Below are positions 40,419 to 55,326 of a DNA stretch of 64,000 nucleotides, one piece after another. How positions within the stretch are numbered: position 1 is the first letter of the stretch; each line of letters opens with the position of its first letter. The translations under genes and the position numbers were made by a program. Below the pieces are notes generated by a model. That model was given only the letters and a program-made list of their open reading frames with translations. It ran no database searches and was not told the origin of the DNA. Origin of the DNA: Tricharina praecox (lineage: Eukaryota); contig NW_026250404.1 of the NCBI RefSeq assembly GCF_024521635.1, positions 1,922,001-1,986,000 on the forward strand, written 5' to 3'.

Positions 40419-43400
40419 ATGGGCAACGTCAGCGGGAGACTGGAGGATGGGGCAACGATGTACCTGCGAGATCAGTGGAGATGTACGAATCCACCACCAC
40501 CACTACCACCTCAGGCGCGAATTGAAGAGCAGTTGGGCGCGGGGCAGTGGCAGGGGCAGGGGCGCTGATGCGTGCGATTAGTATCGATTTCGGCCATCCA
40601 AGTGGTGAATTCTCACAATCGGGTGTTGCTGCGGATCGCTCCGAACGCCTTTCCGTGCTCGAGGGTTACCGCCAGAAGAGAGCCCGGCGATGAGGGGTTG
40701 GTTGAGTTTGTGCAGGTGGGTGGAAACTCCGGCGGCGGTTGCGGTTGCGGGGGTGCTTCTGCTGTGGTGGTTGCTGTGGTTGTGATGATGGTAATCCGTG
40801 GCGATGCAAAATAATAGGACCCGGACCCGAATTCTACGACACCGTTCTTGATTAAATTGCCACCCGCCGAGGACGAGCTTAATCTGATATTTACATTTAC
40901 CATTCGCCGCCGAGAGGAGACTGCCGGAACAGCTTCAAACGGCAACAACAGCACGATTACGACCATCAACGGACTCACCTTTATCACTGCTTCTAGTGCG
41001 CGCGAGATTGAGAACCTCGTCACCCGAGAGTTCCACGCCGACCCGAACTTGCACAAGAACCCGAACGTCAATCTCGTCGGCGACTATTCCACCGACGGCT
41101 CGAATGCGGTGCAGTTCGACTATAAATGGCGCTGGAGACCACCACAGGGCCAGGATGGGGGTGCCAGTAACTTTGGCTGGAGGAATACCTGCAGTGTACA
41201 TATACCTACATACAACGCCCTTCTTGCTCTTGTTCTTGTTCGGTGCGGAAAAGTAAAGCTGAGGACTGATATCTTTTCTGTGTGTCGGCGCGCGTATAGT
41301 TTGTCGAATATGATCAGCGGGCGCACAAGTTATCGACACTGGCACAGTTCTCGTTCTGGGTGCCGCGTGAGCAACTCTCGGACCGACGAAGGCGGTATAG
41401 TTTGGTGGGAAAGCTGACGGTAGGAATTATAGGATCCGTACGAGCTGCACCATGGCCTCCATCGCCCGCGATCGGTCCCGAGTATCTGCTCAACTCACCG
41501 CCGAAACTTCGAGTGAGCTCGAGTCGATCGACGGATATGCGCGTCGGTAACGGTATGGCGATGTTGGGCGACTACACCGATGGCGAGCTGCCATCACCGT
41601 TGATTGACAACTTCGACGGGTCGACGCTTGCACCTTCCATCACGAACATCCCCGCGGTAAGGGTTGATAACTGTCCCCGGCCGGTAGACAGCTCCGTGTC
41701 GGACGACGGCCCATTGTTCAGAGCTACGATGAAAAGCTTGGAACAGAAGACAGGAAACCTTCGCACTAAGATGAAGAAGGTTCTCAAGCGCGCGGAGCAG
41801 GCCCGTCAGGCGCAGGTCACTAGCATCGATGCGCTCGCTGCCTTCCAGGAGTCTCTGCGCGAGGTCTCGACTACCGGCAATGCCCCGGGAATCCAACCCG
41901 CACTCGACCATTACTTCAACCGGACATTCCAAGAGATCCTGGCGTACGAGCGCTTGAACGGAACAAACCTCCAGAAGCTGATTATCGATCCGCTTACCAA
42001 GCTCTACCAGGTGGACCTGAAGCAGGCTGAAGCAAAGAAGAGGGACTTCGAGGAGGAGAGCCGCGATTACTACAACTATGTTAGCCGCTACCTCGGTATC
42101 CGGAACGACCCGAGCAAGGAGAAGAAGAAGGCAGAGAGCGAGTCCAAATATCAGGCCAAACGAAAGAACTTTGAGCTCAAGCGCTTCGACTACTCCACGT
42201 TCATGCAGGATCTTCACGGTGGTCGGAAAGAACAGGAGGTTCTGGCACAACTCACAAAGTTTGCGGATGCGCAAGCGCGCGGATTCCTCGCCACCGCGAA
42301 GAAGGTCCAGGATCTCCTTCCAGAGCTAGAGGCGTTGGATCACGAGGTGAAGGAAACCGCGAAGGAGTTTCAGATACAGCGCACTGAGCGGGAAGAACGG
42401 CGGAGAGTGCTGGAAAAGAATAATCTGGTCTACGTCGAGCCGGAATCCATTCCCCCGTTTTTGCCGCCGACAACACCGAATCCCAATGGCGGGCCTTCCA
42501 GCAGTGATATCCTCGGATTCAATACCGGTTTCGAGCGCTTGGGCATGGGCACTAGTAGTGTAAGGGCCGTGTCTTCCGGCAGTGAAGGTGGCCCACAACA
42601 GGACAACACCGTGCTGTCTCCGATTTCGGCTTCGGCGCCGGCAAAGATAAACTCGGGATCCCTCAAGTACCGTGGCATCGCCATCGGCGAAGGCGGACTG
42701 GGGGTGGATAAGGAGACGGAGCGCAGGAAAGAGGGACTTCTCTGGGCCCTCAGCAGGCCAGGAAGTCACGTAGATCCCAAGGGGTTGAACAAGCAAGCGT
42801 GGCACAAGTACGATAAACCAATGAAGTCAAGGGTGTTTTCCTAGCTGACATGACCGACAGATACTGGGTTGTTCTTGCCGGAGGGCAGCTGTGCGAATAT
42901 TCCAACTGGAAGCAGAAGTTAGGATTACACAACGACCCGATCAACCTCAAGATGGCGTCCGTACGAGAAGCGCGCAATTCGGACCGCCGATTCTGTTTCG
43001 AGGTCGTTACGCCACAGTACAAGCGGGTATACCAAGCAACGTCAGAGGAAGACATGAACAACTGGATATCGTCCATCCACAACGCGGTCAAGAGCACGAT
43101 CGAAAGCGGAGGCTCAATCAAAAACTTTGACGCCTCGCCAATAGAGAACGAGGGTGATGCTGTCCAGTTGAAGAATATTCAGTCCGCCCTGACAGGTAAA
43201 AGTCCGCACTACCATCACTCCGTCCATGGCAGCAATCCGCTCAGCAATTCAGCCAATGCCAATAATATCTACCGCCGGACCACGGTGGGTGCTCGGCCGC
43301 CGACTAATGCGGCGAGGAGGAACAGTAGCAATTTCGGAGAGGATCCGGAGAAGTTGCTGCAGTTGATCAGAGATGCGGATCCGAGCAATAGCAGTTGTGC

Positions 43401-44235
43401 GGACTGTGGAAGTCAGGTCAAGACCGAGTGGGTTTCCATCAACCTGGGGATTGTACTCTGCATTGGTGAGATCTATCCATCCATTTAGCACTTACCGCCT
43501 ACACGACACTGACTACCAGCAGAATGCAGCGGCCTCCACCGTTCCCTTGGTACACACATAAGCAAAGTTCGCTCACTAACCTTGGACGTTACCTCTTTCA
43601 CACCCGATCTCGTCGAGCTCCTCTGCCAAATCGGCAACCGAGTAGCCAACAGCGTTTGGGAAGCCAAAGCCGAACCCGCCCTCCGGCCAGGCCCACAGTC
43701 CTCTCGCGAATCACGGCTCAAGTTTATCACTGCCAAATACGTTCAACGCGCCTTCGTCGCTCCACTAAGTCCCACACTATCAATAACAGACTCACCAGAC
43801 GAACTCCTCCTTGAGGCAGTCAAGAAGGGGGATCTTCCCGCGGCCTTCTACGCGCTCGCCCTCCACGGGAGCGCCAACACCGTCGACCCGGCAACGGGTA
43901 TGCACGTCGTAATCCTTGCGCTGGCCGCTTCCAGCCCGCTCTCGCCCAGCATGTCGCCAACCTCTCCCACCGAACCCACGGCAACAACAACCACCACGCC
44001 CTTCCCGTTAGCCGAACTGCTCCTCCAAAACGGCGGCGAGATGCCGTTCCCACTGGCGGCCAGCACGGAGCAGGGACTGTCAGAGGCCGCACGATCATAC
44101 GTCGCCCACAAGACGGCAAAGCGCTTCCGCCAGGACGCGGTGCCTCCTATCCCGCAGGAGAAGTTGGATCGCCTGCAGAAACGAGTCAGTTCCGGCCCGA
44201 GACTGCACAGAGATCGGCTCGTCGTGGATCGGTGA
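40419..44235 (+). CDS. BAR-PH-ArfGAP (centaurin-beta/ACAP-like, csx2-like), multi-exon, possible N-myristoylation (MGNVS)
   Basis: DDGPLFRATMKSLE (BAR); KEGLLWAL..WHK|YWVVLAGG..RRFCFEV (PH); CADC-x16[21 protein letters not shown] (ArfGAP); ankyrin-like tail; TGA ends at 44235. Confidence 0.93.
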
Positions 44236-45262
44236 TGGCACGGGAAGAAGGGGGTGTAGCGGGGGGAGTAATGACTTAATGGAATCGAATGGAATGGAAC
44301 TGAATGGAATCGAATGGCGCTGGAAGGGTATTGAGGTGTTGGTGTTGAGGTGTTGGGTTAATACTTTGACTGACTAGATAGCTTGTTACGTCGTGTATCG
44401 TCGTGTGCCTGTCTATGTGTGCCTGTGTGTGTCTGTGTGTGTAGGTACCTGGAAACCGGGGGATAGGGTGGGATGCGATGCTATGCGATATAGTCATGTT
44501 ATGAGACAATGTGATGAATGGGACTCAATGTAGTTCGGATATTATATATGAGCAATATTCTGTGATTGTATTGGAATAGGTACCCTCGACACCTGTCTCC
44601 AAGGTGGTGCTGGATAGCTGGATAGGTAGCTGTTGCTGTTGATCCGCCTCTTGACGCTCGGGGCTTCTTTTGAATACCTACCTCCCTCCCTCCTCACAGA
44701 CAATAAACGCCCCTCTCATCAAGCAGAGCCGTCACAACACCTCGCATACTCCTACCCACAACATCCACACCCCATTTTAGCGCATGTATAACCGTATCAC
44801 GGAAGATCTGCCAGGGCAGTTGGGCTGAGGAGTTTCGCGGGCTACTCTAGATGTTCGCTCAGTCGATTACTGGTACAGCTGCGTATGGAAGCTGCATATA
44901 CTTCGACGGTAGGTATAAGAAGGACGTGACGATCTATTGGGTAGAACGCGGCAGGAGCCTGCCATTCTCTTCTTCACAAGAGATTCAAACTACTTCGTTA
45001 CCATTCGATCCATTCGATAGGTACACCACATTTTTGAAAGCGGTTGCTCTTTTGACATAACCCCATCCAACAGCCGTATAGAAGCAAAGCGTCGACACAT
45101 CCCGACATGATCCGAACCCCACATTTCCGTAGCAAAAAAAAAACAAATAGGATATAGGAAAAACACTCGATTTACACATCAACAAAGAAAGAAAATACAC
45201 ATGTTGGGTATTCAACCACAAAAAAAGGCACCAAATCAAGGTTAACCAAATAAAACCACCCC

Positions 45263-46568
<1,306 letters not shown>

Positions 46569-48907
46569 CTTTGCAGAGGTTTCCTCTGGCCGATGGATAC
46601 GGGGGGTTTCCGTCTAAGATATCCGAGAAGAAATTTGCTGCTTATGTTTCAGTTTCGTCGCAGCTCACGGTCGTGAAGATGGTCTAGGGATGCGATGTGA
46701 GGTGATGAGCAGACAAAGGATCGGACTCGGGAGAAGGTAAAGGGCAGGGCGCGCGCGTAAAGCTGAGATAAGGTGGTATGGGGGGGAGGGGTTCGGTTAG
46801 CGCGTCTGCGAATCGTAGATGCGACAGACACGGAAGCCTGGTGAGCTGAAGCAGATTCTGCTGAGATCGTCAACCACCAGCTGCAGAGTGAATGGGTATG
46901 TGCAAAGCAATTCGCAACCTGAGCTAAGCTCTCGGATAGTAGAATGTGCCGTTGTGGGAGGGAGGGGAGGGATGTGGTGGGGCTGACGGGAACGAAGAGG
47001 GAAATGGAGCGGGGAACAAGGAGCAGCTGTCCGAGAGGGAGACTGTTGCTGGACGGCGGTGTGGGCGCCTGTCGCGCGACAACAGCTGCGGGGAGGAGGA
47101 GAGGAGATGACTGAGGATGGAATATTGCTTACCTGGAAGATGATGCTGTGGATTTGCAAAGGAAGGAAGAAGGGAGCAGGAGGATGAGATGATAACGAGA
47201 GGAGAGAGGAGGAGGAGAAAGATGAGGAGGAGAGAGAAGGAGATGGGGGATGACAAGGAGAGAGGGGAAGCTGTTTGTTGGTTGGTCGATTGGATTTGGT
47301 TGTGTCGGGGATGGATGGAGGGGAAACTGATCGAGCAGGGGTGAGAGGTGAAACACAGTGGGAGGCTGTTTGGGCTCCAAATACTTCTCGCCTCGTCCCT
47401 TTTCGCGCTGGCTCGCTCGCTCTTTCAGAGTGAATAGCTCCATCGAGCAGCGATTGAGCATCTTGACGACCACGATGAGGTCTCGTCACTGCCGCCGCCC
47501 CAACGAGATGGCTTTCGAAGGAAGCGACCCACACTGAGCCATCGATTAGACGCTTGCCCCCTCCAGAGCCAGAGCGAGAACCCAGCCCGTCTGACTGTTC
47601 AGTGTTGATGCAGTGCCCTCGTCAGCTTCATATATCTAACTGCCAGCCCCGTCGATAGTGCACACGAGCGAATCGGAACCGCAATTGCCACCCGTCCCCA
47701 CGAAGCAAGCGAGCGAAGCACGCATTTCGCGAACACAAAGAAGCCCCCTGCTCGACGAGAAACATCGCATACATGGTAACTACTAGTAACTCCCAACCTA
47801 CCGCACCATAGGCCGCGATAAGTTTGCGAGCGGTTTTAACTTTCAGGGCCTCTTTTTGAGAATGTCCAAAGTTCAAATGAAATGTCCCCACACTCATAGC
47901 AGCCCCGGCCAATGGGATGTGCAGGAATCGAATCGGAGGGACCCATGTCGAAGTCCTCTCGTTACGAGATATCTGCACGTACTCTACTCTACTTACCATC
48001 ACTACTCTATGTGAGTCCCGGCGTGGCAATCCGTCTCGTCTCGGTAGGGCCAGAGACATTAGTTACGGCACGCTCCAAAGTTTGAACTACATCACGAGTA
48101 TGCTAGGCCCCGCAGCCCGTAGGCGATCACGGTATCTATCTACAGCACCAAACCCCAACAGTTCTCCCAGAGTGCTTCTAACTACCACTAAGGGATTCCA
48201 GACCGAGCAACTTCAAGACCGGTGCAAAAAAAATATAAAAAGTGGCAGCCCTCTGCCGTAGGTCCTAGGGATGCCAACGGACCCTCTCGTCAGTAAAATA
48301 CTGCCAGCCCGCCAGCCTGCCCGCACGGATCGAGCTCGCAGTTACGACTCGCAACAACAGCCACGGGCCACGGCGGGAGGGCGGGCGTCCAAGCCACTAC
48401 ACAACCACACGGTCCACACCATGACGCTCGGTGCGAGTGGCACACCTACAGTACTCGTACTTTACTAGTACTCGAGCCTGTGGAATGCAGAGCATGTATG
48501 TAGGGTATAACTACGAACTGCAACTTCGTCGCGACTCCTCCTGTGGCGCGAATGAGATCCTGTGCAGATCACCCGTCGAGGAGCGGATAGCTGCGTCAGC
48601 GACTTTGATACGACGGCTCGGAGGCCGGTGATACTGGACAGATTCTTCGAGAGCAATACCCAAAGCTTGCGATAGTTCACTAATAATGATCCTGCATACG
48701 CTGCGTGATTTGAGGAGGCTGTATGTATTGTACGGCGGAACACAGAATGATGAAAAAAACAAAAAACAGACATCACCGAGTCGGACAGGATCCCGATGCC
48801 CGGATAGACTGCCGTACCGCCCATTGCCCCGCTCTAATAAAAATTATGTACTCCAGCTAGTTAAATCGATAAACTCTTTCACTCAAACATCTGCCCATGC
48901 ATAGACA

Positions 48908-51306
48908 TCACAACGCTTTCCGCCTCGCCCTTGACCCCGCGTACTCCTTCCCGACAATCGGCTTCCCGACCGGATAAGCCGAGAACGCCAGATGCCCCGT
49001 TCCGCCCTCCTCGAAGCCGACACTGACATCTCCCCACTGCAGCGGCTTCGAAATGATCTCTTCCCTGCCGGTGTCGTCCATGGTGGGAGGATGGCAAGCC
49101 GCGCTGATAGCCGCCGAGCAGCCGCTAGGAATCGGCATGTCGTGGCGGTATTTCCGCAAGCCCATAACGATGATGACGACTATTGTCAGAGCCCCCATCA
49201 CGAGCGCCAAGATTATGGCCATGGTGCTGAAGCACACCGCGGAGAGTGTTTCAATCTCATCGAATTCCGGTGTGCCCGGTATTTTGGTAAAGTATACCTC
49301 GATTCGTGCGAGGAATATCGCCTGCGACGTGAGCCAGTGGAGGATCCCCGAGAAGACCATCAGAGTGAGGGCGAAGCGGTACGGCAGTTGGAGATAGTAT
49401 GAGCTCCGCTGGCCCTCTCGCGGGTAGGTGACCCGCAGTGGCTTTCGAGAATTGGCATAACTGTTCCATTCGAGGCACGACAGCATGCTCGTGAAAAGTG
49501 CGTTGTACATGAGGTAGAGGAAGGAGAGGATCGTCTGAGGCAAGTTGGCGAGGAAAACAGCCCCAATCAGGGGCAATTTGTACCCCAACGCAAAGACCAT
49601 GGAGCCGAAACTGACCCGCGCAAACCCGCGATCCCAAATATCTTTGAAGGTATTGGAAGGGTAGACGGACATATCCGACCGGACAGCTAGCCATAACAAA
49701 TATGCCACAGCGGCGAGACTGATGCACATGCAGAACACACTGACAATCCACCGCCTGAGACTGACGGCATTCCGCCAGTGGAATGGGCGGCGTTCCCACG
49801 GCTGCGGTCGCAAATCTCCGCTATTCCATGGTATTCCCGTCTTCCGCTGGGCCTCGATGTACTGCTTGTCGGCGTAGCAGATCCCAGCAGTATTCGGATC
49901 TGGCTTCAACAGGAAACTCTGGATTGCGTCGCCGAGGGTGACCAGCGGGATGAAGTTTCGTTCAAACAGCGTGAGGGTCATGCAGACAACTTTCACGGCA
50001 TTGCACACGATAACGATCGCTAGTATCAATGCTGAGAACTGCAGCTTGCAGGCTTCGTCCATGACTTCGGCACGGCATTCCTTGACCGGAACGACCTGTC
50101 CTTCGAGGTTTCGAACCCTCCATTCTCCACCCGATCGAACAACACCCATTATTTTGTCATCTTCTCCAAGATCCATGTAAATATACTGTTCATTCCACCC
50201 CACTGGATCAGAGAGCCATTGCCGGGGGAAAAGCGAAGGCTGGGACGTGATAAAGCCATTCAAGAACCCTTCGTTACTGTTGCCCTGTAATACCACGGCG
50301 ACATTTCTTTTTCCGGAGACGAATGTTTTGTCGTACTCGATGAAGCATTCTCGAGGCGAGATCGCCGTCCAGTTTCGAGCATGGGCGAGAAACTCTACCC
50401 ACGACTGCGGCGTGTAGTTGTTTAGGTTCGGGTAATAGGTATCTTCTGTTATTTCAGATCTGGTGAAATTCATCGTTGGAGGTTCCGACGAAAACGTATT
50501 CTCCGGAATAACAGCCACCAAGTAATCGTTTGATGCTATCGTTGTGAACGCGGCACTGTTGTATCTACGCAATATACATGTCAGTACAGCCATGCGCCTG
50601 TAATCGATGATCGGGACTTACAACAAGTGTAGCGGTACCGACGTGACTGCGAGGAACCACCACAGCACCATCCGGCTCCGCTTGACTCTCCGCAGATTCT
50701 TGACGCTCGGCACGCCGATGTCGAGCCACTCTCCCTTCGCATGGGCCCGATCGACCTCCTCACGAGTGGGGCTCGTCAAGCACTGCTGCGCATAGTTGCT
50801 GCCACTCAATGCCAGCGTGCCCAGCGCGTTGATCAGGACATGAATCCATATCGACAGCGTCTTCACTTGTGCGCAGGGGCCCTCAAAGACAACCCCCAGT
50901 CCATTGGTGACCGAAAACGTCTTCACCGCCCAGATGGTGATAAACAGATTGAGCAGGAACACCATCGACACACTGGCGATGCACCATATCAATCCTATCC
51001 GCCAGCCCGAGGTCGGTTCTCGTGGTGCCGCAGCCCGCGTACACAGCTCGCCATCGTCAGAGTCGGGCGAGTATTTCGTCGAACGGCCGCCAGCACCTCG
51101 CATCCTACATACCGCCATTACCACCGGTTAGTTTATATTTTGCATCCGCAACCCGCCCTCGGACTGGATGCTTACAATTGTAATTCAACCGCCTCGAGAG
51201 TTGTAAGTTTATCGTTCGAATGATCCACCGGTGGGTGCACGGCGTCAGTTTTTTCGCCGACATCATCGTGTTGCTGTGCTCGCGTCCACGGGAGGTGATC
51301 AAGCAT
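48908..51306 (-). CDS. DUF6536-like multi-pass membrane protein, copy 1 (intact), 3 exons
   Basis: [93 protein letters not shown]; introns 51105-51175 and 50565-50621. The start at 51306 is inferred. Confidence 0.85.
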
Positions 51307-53029
51307 TGAGGGCCAGAATTGTTGAGTATCGACTTGTGCCGTCTAGGTAGCATTTTCGGGTTCCATGTAGAGGTATTTGAACACAGCGAGACAGCCGGCT
51401 CCATGCTGGCTGGAGGTACTAGTGGAGTACCCAATGTGCTCGTCGTCTTCTTCGGAATCAGACAACCAGTTGCGTTACTCACAATTCTGATAGGGGGAAG
51501 TGGGGGGAGGTAGGGTGAGGAGACACTCTTACTGGTTTGGCGTTCCCACTTGCATGAGCCACCGCCACGCATGCCGCCTTTAAGCGATATTTTCAGCTCT
51601 CGATCGTCCACATTCGCACTGTCTCGTTACACTAACCTGCCGGCTCTCGGTCGCCCAGCATCGAGACGGTCGCTAACGAGGGGGTAGGTAATATGTGTTT
51701 CTTTTTGTTCAGCTCGATGGCCGTTCTGAGGACTCTCAATTGCCGCAGCTGCCTTCTCAGAGCGGTCGTTTGTCATTCCCTCGTTCCCAGGCCTCCTTCG
51801 CCGTCTCCGGTACTCGCAGTGGGATCGTGTCGCGGTTGCATGGCGACAATCAATGCTGGGAGAGATCTTCAATGATGCGGGGAGGGTAGGTACAAAGCGG
51901 GGACGGTCTGCACGGGGAGGATGTGCATGGAGAGGATGTGCACGGTGTTTTCCAGCCAATTGACCATCCATCAGACATCAGCCATGTATCCAACGAAGCG
52001 TGAAGACTACCGTCAAGTATCCTGAATACCGCAGCAGCAACCGGTGTAGCTACCTAAGTACTCCCTGCGAAGGAGTACTACGCCGATGGTTAACCGTCTT
52101 GCCTCAGAGTCGTGTAGATATCAGGAGCTCACATCTGCTGGGCACGAATATTAAGCTTTAGTTAGTCGTGTGGAATCTCAGGGCTGAATATAGTAGATTG
52201 CATATCTATAGGGCGACATGAGTGAGCACTAGCTGTGATGTAGGCAGGTAAATAGCACATACATACTAGTAGTAATAGTACCAGGTATGTTGCTTCCACA
52301 GTAGCCGGACCCCACGCATTTCTACGGCCAGGTCCAGGCCGTGATGTTCGCCATCATAGATGCGCTTCTTCCACGACAGGGTGCTGACTATACATACGAC
52401 TCCACGGGCGTACCGAGAGGGTCTCGTCTGCTTACTTGCACAGATGGTTAACGTTGCCTACCTATAGATTTCAACCACAGCCCGACCCAAGCTCTCGTCT
52501 GCGGAACGACCGACCTCCTCGCACTGCGAGTCTGCAAACTCATCCATCACAACGTACCTAGATAGCTCCGCAGTGTCCCCACCCCCACACCCATCGTCTC
52601 CGCAACGTTTGCTTGGATGACAACCCGGCCGCGAGTCCCAGCCCTTTCCTTCCCCCGTCTCTTATGTGCACCTATATAGAACCAAAAAGACACATCATTA
52701 GACTGAAATGACATTTGCGAGTGAGGGTCCGTGGTTCGAATGTATGTGCGTCCGGCGGCATATACGATAGTCTATCGTGAATGCGGATCATCGTCGCCTG
52801 AAGCCAGAAGCTCAGAGCCACAAGTCTCATAGGCCTCCTGTACTAGCAGGAATGCCACCCGTGTGGACTCAGAAGTTGGCCGCGATCAGCTGCTGGACGG
52901 CACAACCAGTTACGAGTGATCCAATCGAGTCCGCTCCATTTAAAGACCGAGTCGTATGTACTTGATTCCGATGTCCGAACGGACTACTACCAAACACGCT
53001 GTTCCGCTACCTCTGATCATCCGCCTCCA

Positions 53030-55326
53030 TCACCGCAGCGCTTCCCGTCTTGCCCATGACCCTGCGTACTCCTTCCCTTCTACCGGCTCGCCGACTGGAT
53101 GGGCCGAGAACGTCAAATGCCCTATTCTTCCTTCTCGATTCACAGAGCCAAAATCGACATCCCCCCACTGCAACGGGCTCGATACGATTTCCTCCCTCAT
53201 AATCTCGTCCGCGTCCAGCAGATGGCAAGCCGCGCTGATAGCCGCCGAACAGCCGCTCGGAATCGGCATGTGGTAACGATACTTCCGCAGGCCCATGAGG
53301 ATCACTGCGACTACCGTCAGGGACCCTACGGGCAGAGACACGATTATAGCAACGGTGCTGAAGCACGCCACCGAGAGCGTGGAGTGCCCGGCCTCGACCG
53401 CCTGCAGCTTCAGCAGATCGACGGGGTATATCTCGATCCGTGCCAGGAATATCGCTTGAGAGGTGATCCAGTGGAGGATCCCCGAGAGAAGCATGAGAGT
53501 GAGGGCGAAGCGGTACGGCAGTTGGAGGTAGTATGAGCTTCGCTGGCCCGACCGCGGGTTGGTGACTCGCAGTGGCTTTCGAGAATTGGCATAACTGTTC
53601 CATTCGAGGGCCGATAGCATGCTCGTGAAAAGTGCATTGTACAGGAGGTAGAGGAAGGAGAGGATCGTCTAAGGCAAGTTGGCGAGGAGCACAGCCGCGG
53701 TTAGGCTCAGGCCCATGTTGGGGTTCAGCTCAACCACGGAACCCAGCCTGACTTGGTCGAACCCACGGTTCCAGATGTCTTTGATCGTATTGGAAGTATA
53801 GTTGAACCTATCCTCCTGGACGGCTCGCCACAGCAGAATCCCCACGGCCATCAGGCTGATACACATACAGGATACACTGACAACCCACCGCCTGAGACTG
53901 ACGGCATTCCGCCAATGGTAGTGGTATGAGTGGCGTTTCCATGGTTGCGGCCGCGAATCTCCGCTGTTCCACGGTATTCCAGCCTTCCGCTGGGCCACGA
54001 TGTACTGCTTGTCGGCGTAGCATATTCCAGCAGTGTTCGGATCCGGCTTCAACAGGAAACTCCGGATTGCGTCGCCATTGGTGACCAGCAGGATGAAGTT
54101 TGGATCGAGCAGCGTGAGGGTCATGCAGATAGCTTTCACCGCGTTACACCCGACAACGATCGCCAATATCAATGTCGAAAACTGCAGCTTGCAGGATTCC
54201 TTCCGAGCTTCCGTACGGCATTCCTTAACTGCGACGAGTTCTCCTTCGAGATTACGAGCCTGCCACTCCCCACCGGATCGAATCCTGTCGATCGTCCTTT
54301 GATCGCTTATATTCCCGAAATATAGATACCTCCAACCCACCGGACGGCTGAGCCACTCCCGGCTAGTGGGCGCCGATGCGTCGACCATATAGCCATCCAA
54401 GAGTGCCTCACTGCTGTTGCCGTATAAAACCACAGCGACATTTCGGTTTCTGGAAACAAATGCTGTGTCGTAGGCGCTAAAGCATTCTCGGGCCGGGACT
54501 GCCTTCCAGTTTTGAGCCTGACCGAGGAATTCCAACCATCCGCGCCGTGCATCGTCGACATATGTTTCGTATTCTGGCGCATAAACCAAAAGCTCGTCAG
54601 GTACATCAAATCTGGTTGCATTTATGATTTGAGTTTCCGAGGATAATGCATTTTCTGAGACAACAGCCACTAGGTAATCGGTTGTCGCTATTGTTGCAAA
54701 CGCTGCACTGTTGTATCTGCACGATTTCCATGTCAGTGTCCAGTCATGTGCCATCGATTACCGTGCCTTACAGCAAATGCAGCGGTACTGAAGTGAATGC
54801 GAGGAACCACCACAGCATCATCCGTCTCCGCTTGACGCTCCACAAATTCCTGACGCTCGGCACGCCGATGTCGAGCCACTCTCCCTTTGCGTGGGCTCGA
54901 TCAACCTCCTCGCGAGTAGGGCTCATCAAGCACTGCTAAACATAATTGCTGGCGCCCAATGCCAGGGTGCTCAGTGTGTTGATCAAGACATGAATCCACA
55001 CCGACAGCGTCTTAACTTCTGCGCAGGAGCCCTCATAGACAGTTCCGAGTCCGTCGTGGATCGAGAACTTTGCCACCGCCCAGATGGTGATGATTAGATT
55101 GAGCAGGAACCCCACCGACATGCAGAGGATACACGAGATCATTCCTGTTCGCCAGCTCGAGAGCGAAGTTGGCGCGGACCCGCCACCATTGTTTTCGATC
55201 CTGCCGTCATGCCCGTCGATTAGTTTTGTACTTACTCGAAACCCCCTCCCTTTCCGGACCGAATGCTTACGGTTCGAGCTTGACAGTCTCAAAATCTACG
55301 AGTCCCTCGTCCGAATCCTCCGCCAT
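53030..55326 (-). pseudogene. DUF6536-like membrane protein, copy 2, with two in-frame TAG codons (54936-54938, 53669-53671)
   Basis: Collinear with copy 1 with the same two phase-2 introns (55201-55270, 54717-54771). No frameshift seen; both TAGs align to CAG (Gln) in copy 1. Confidence 0.8.

Noticed and set aside
53669..54938. Genetic-code reassignment of TAG to Gln
   Set aside because: TAG is the normal terminator of SYS1, MDM35, TPS2, PYC and the MAP kinase in this same window.
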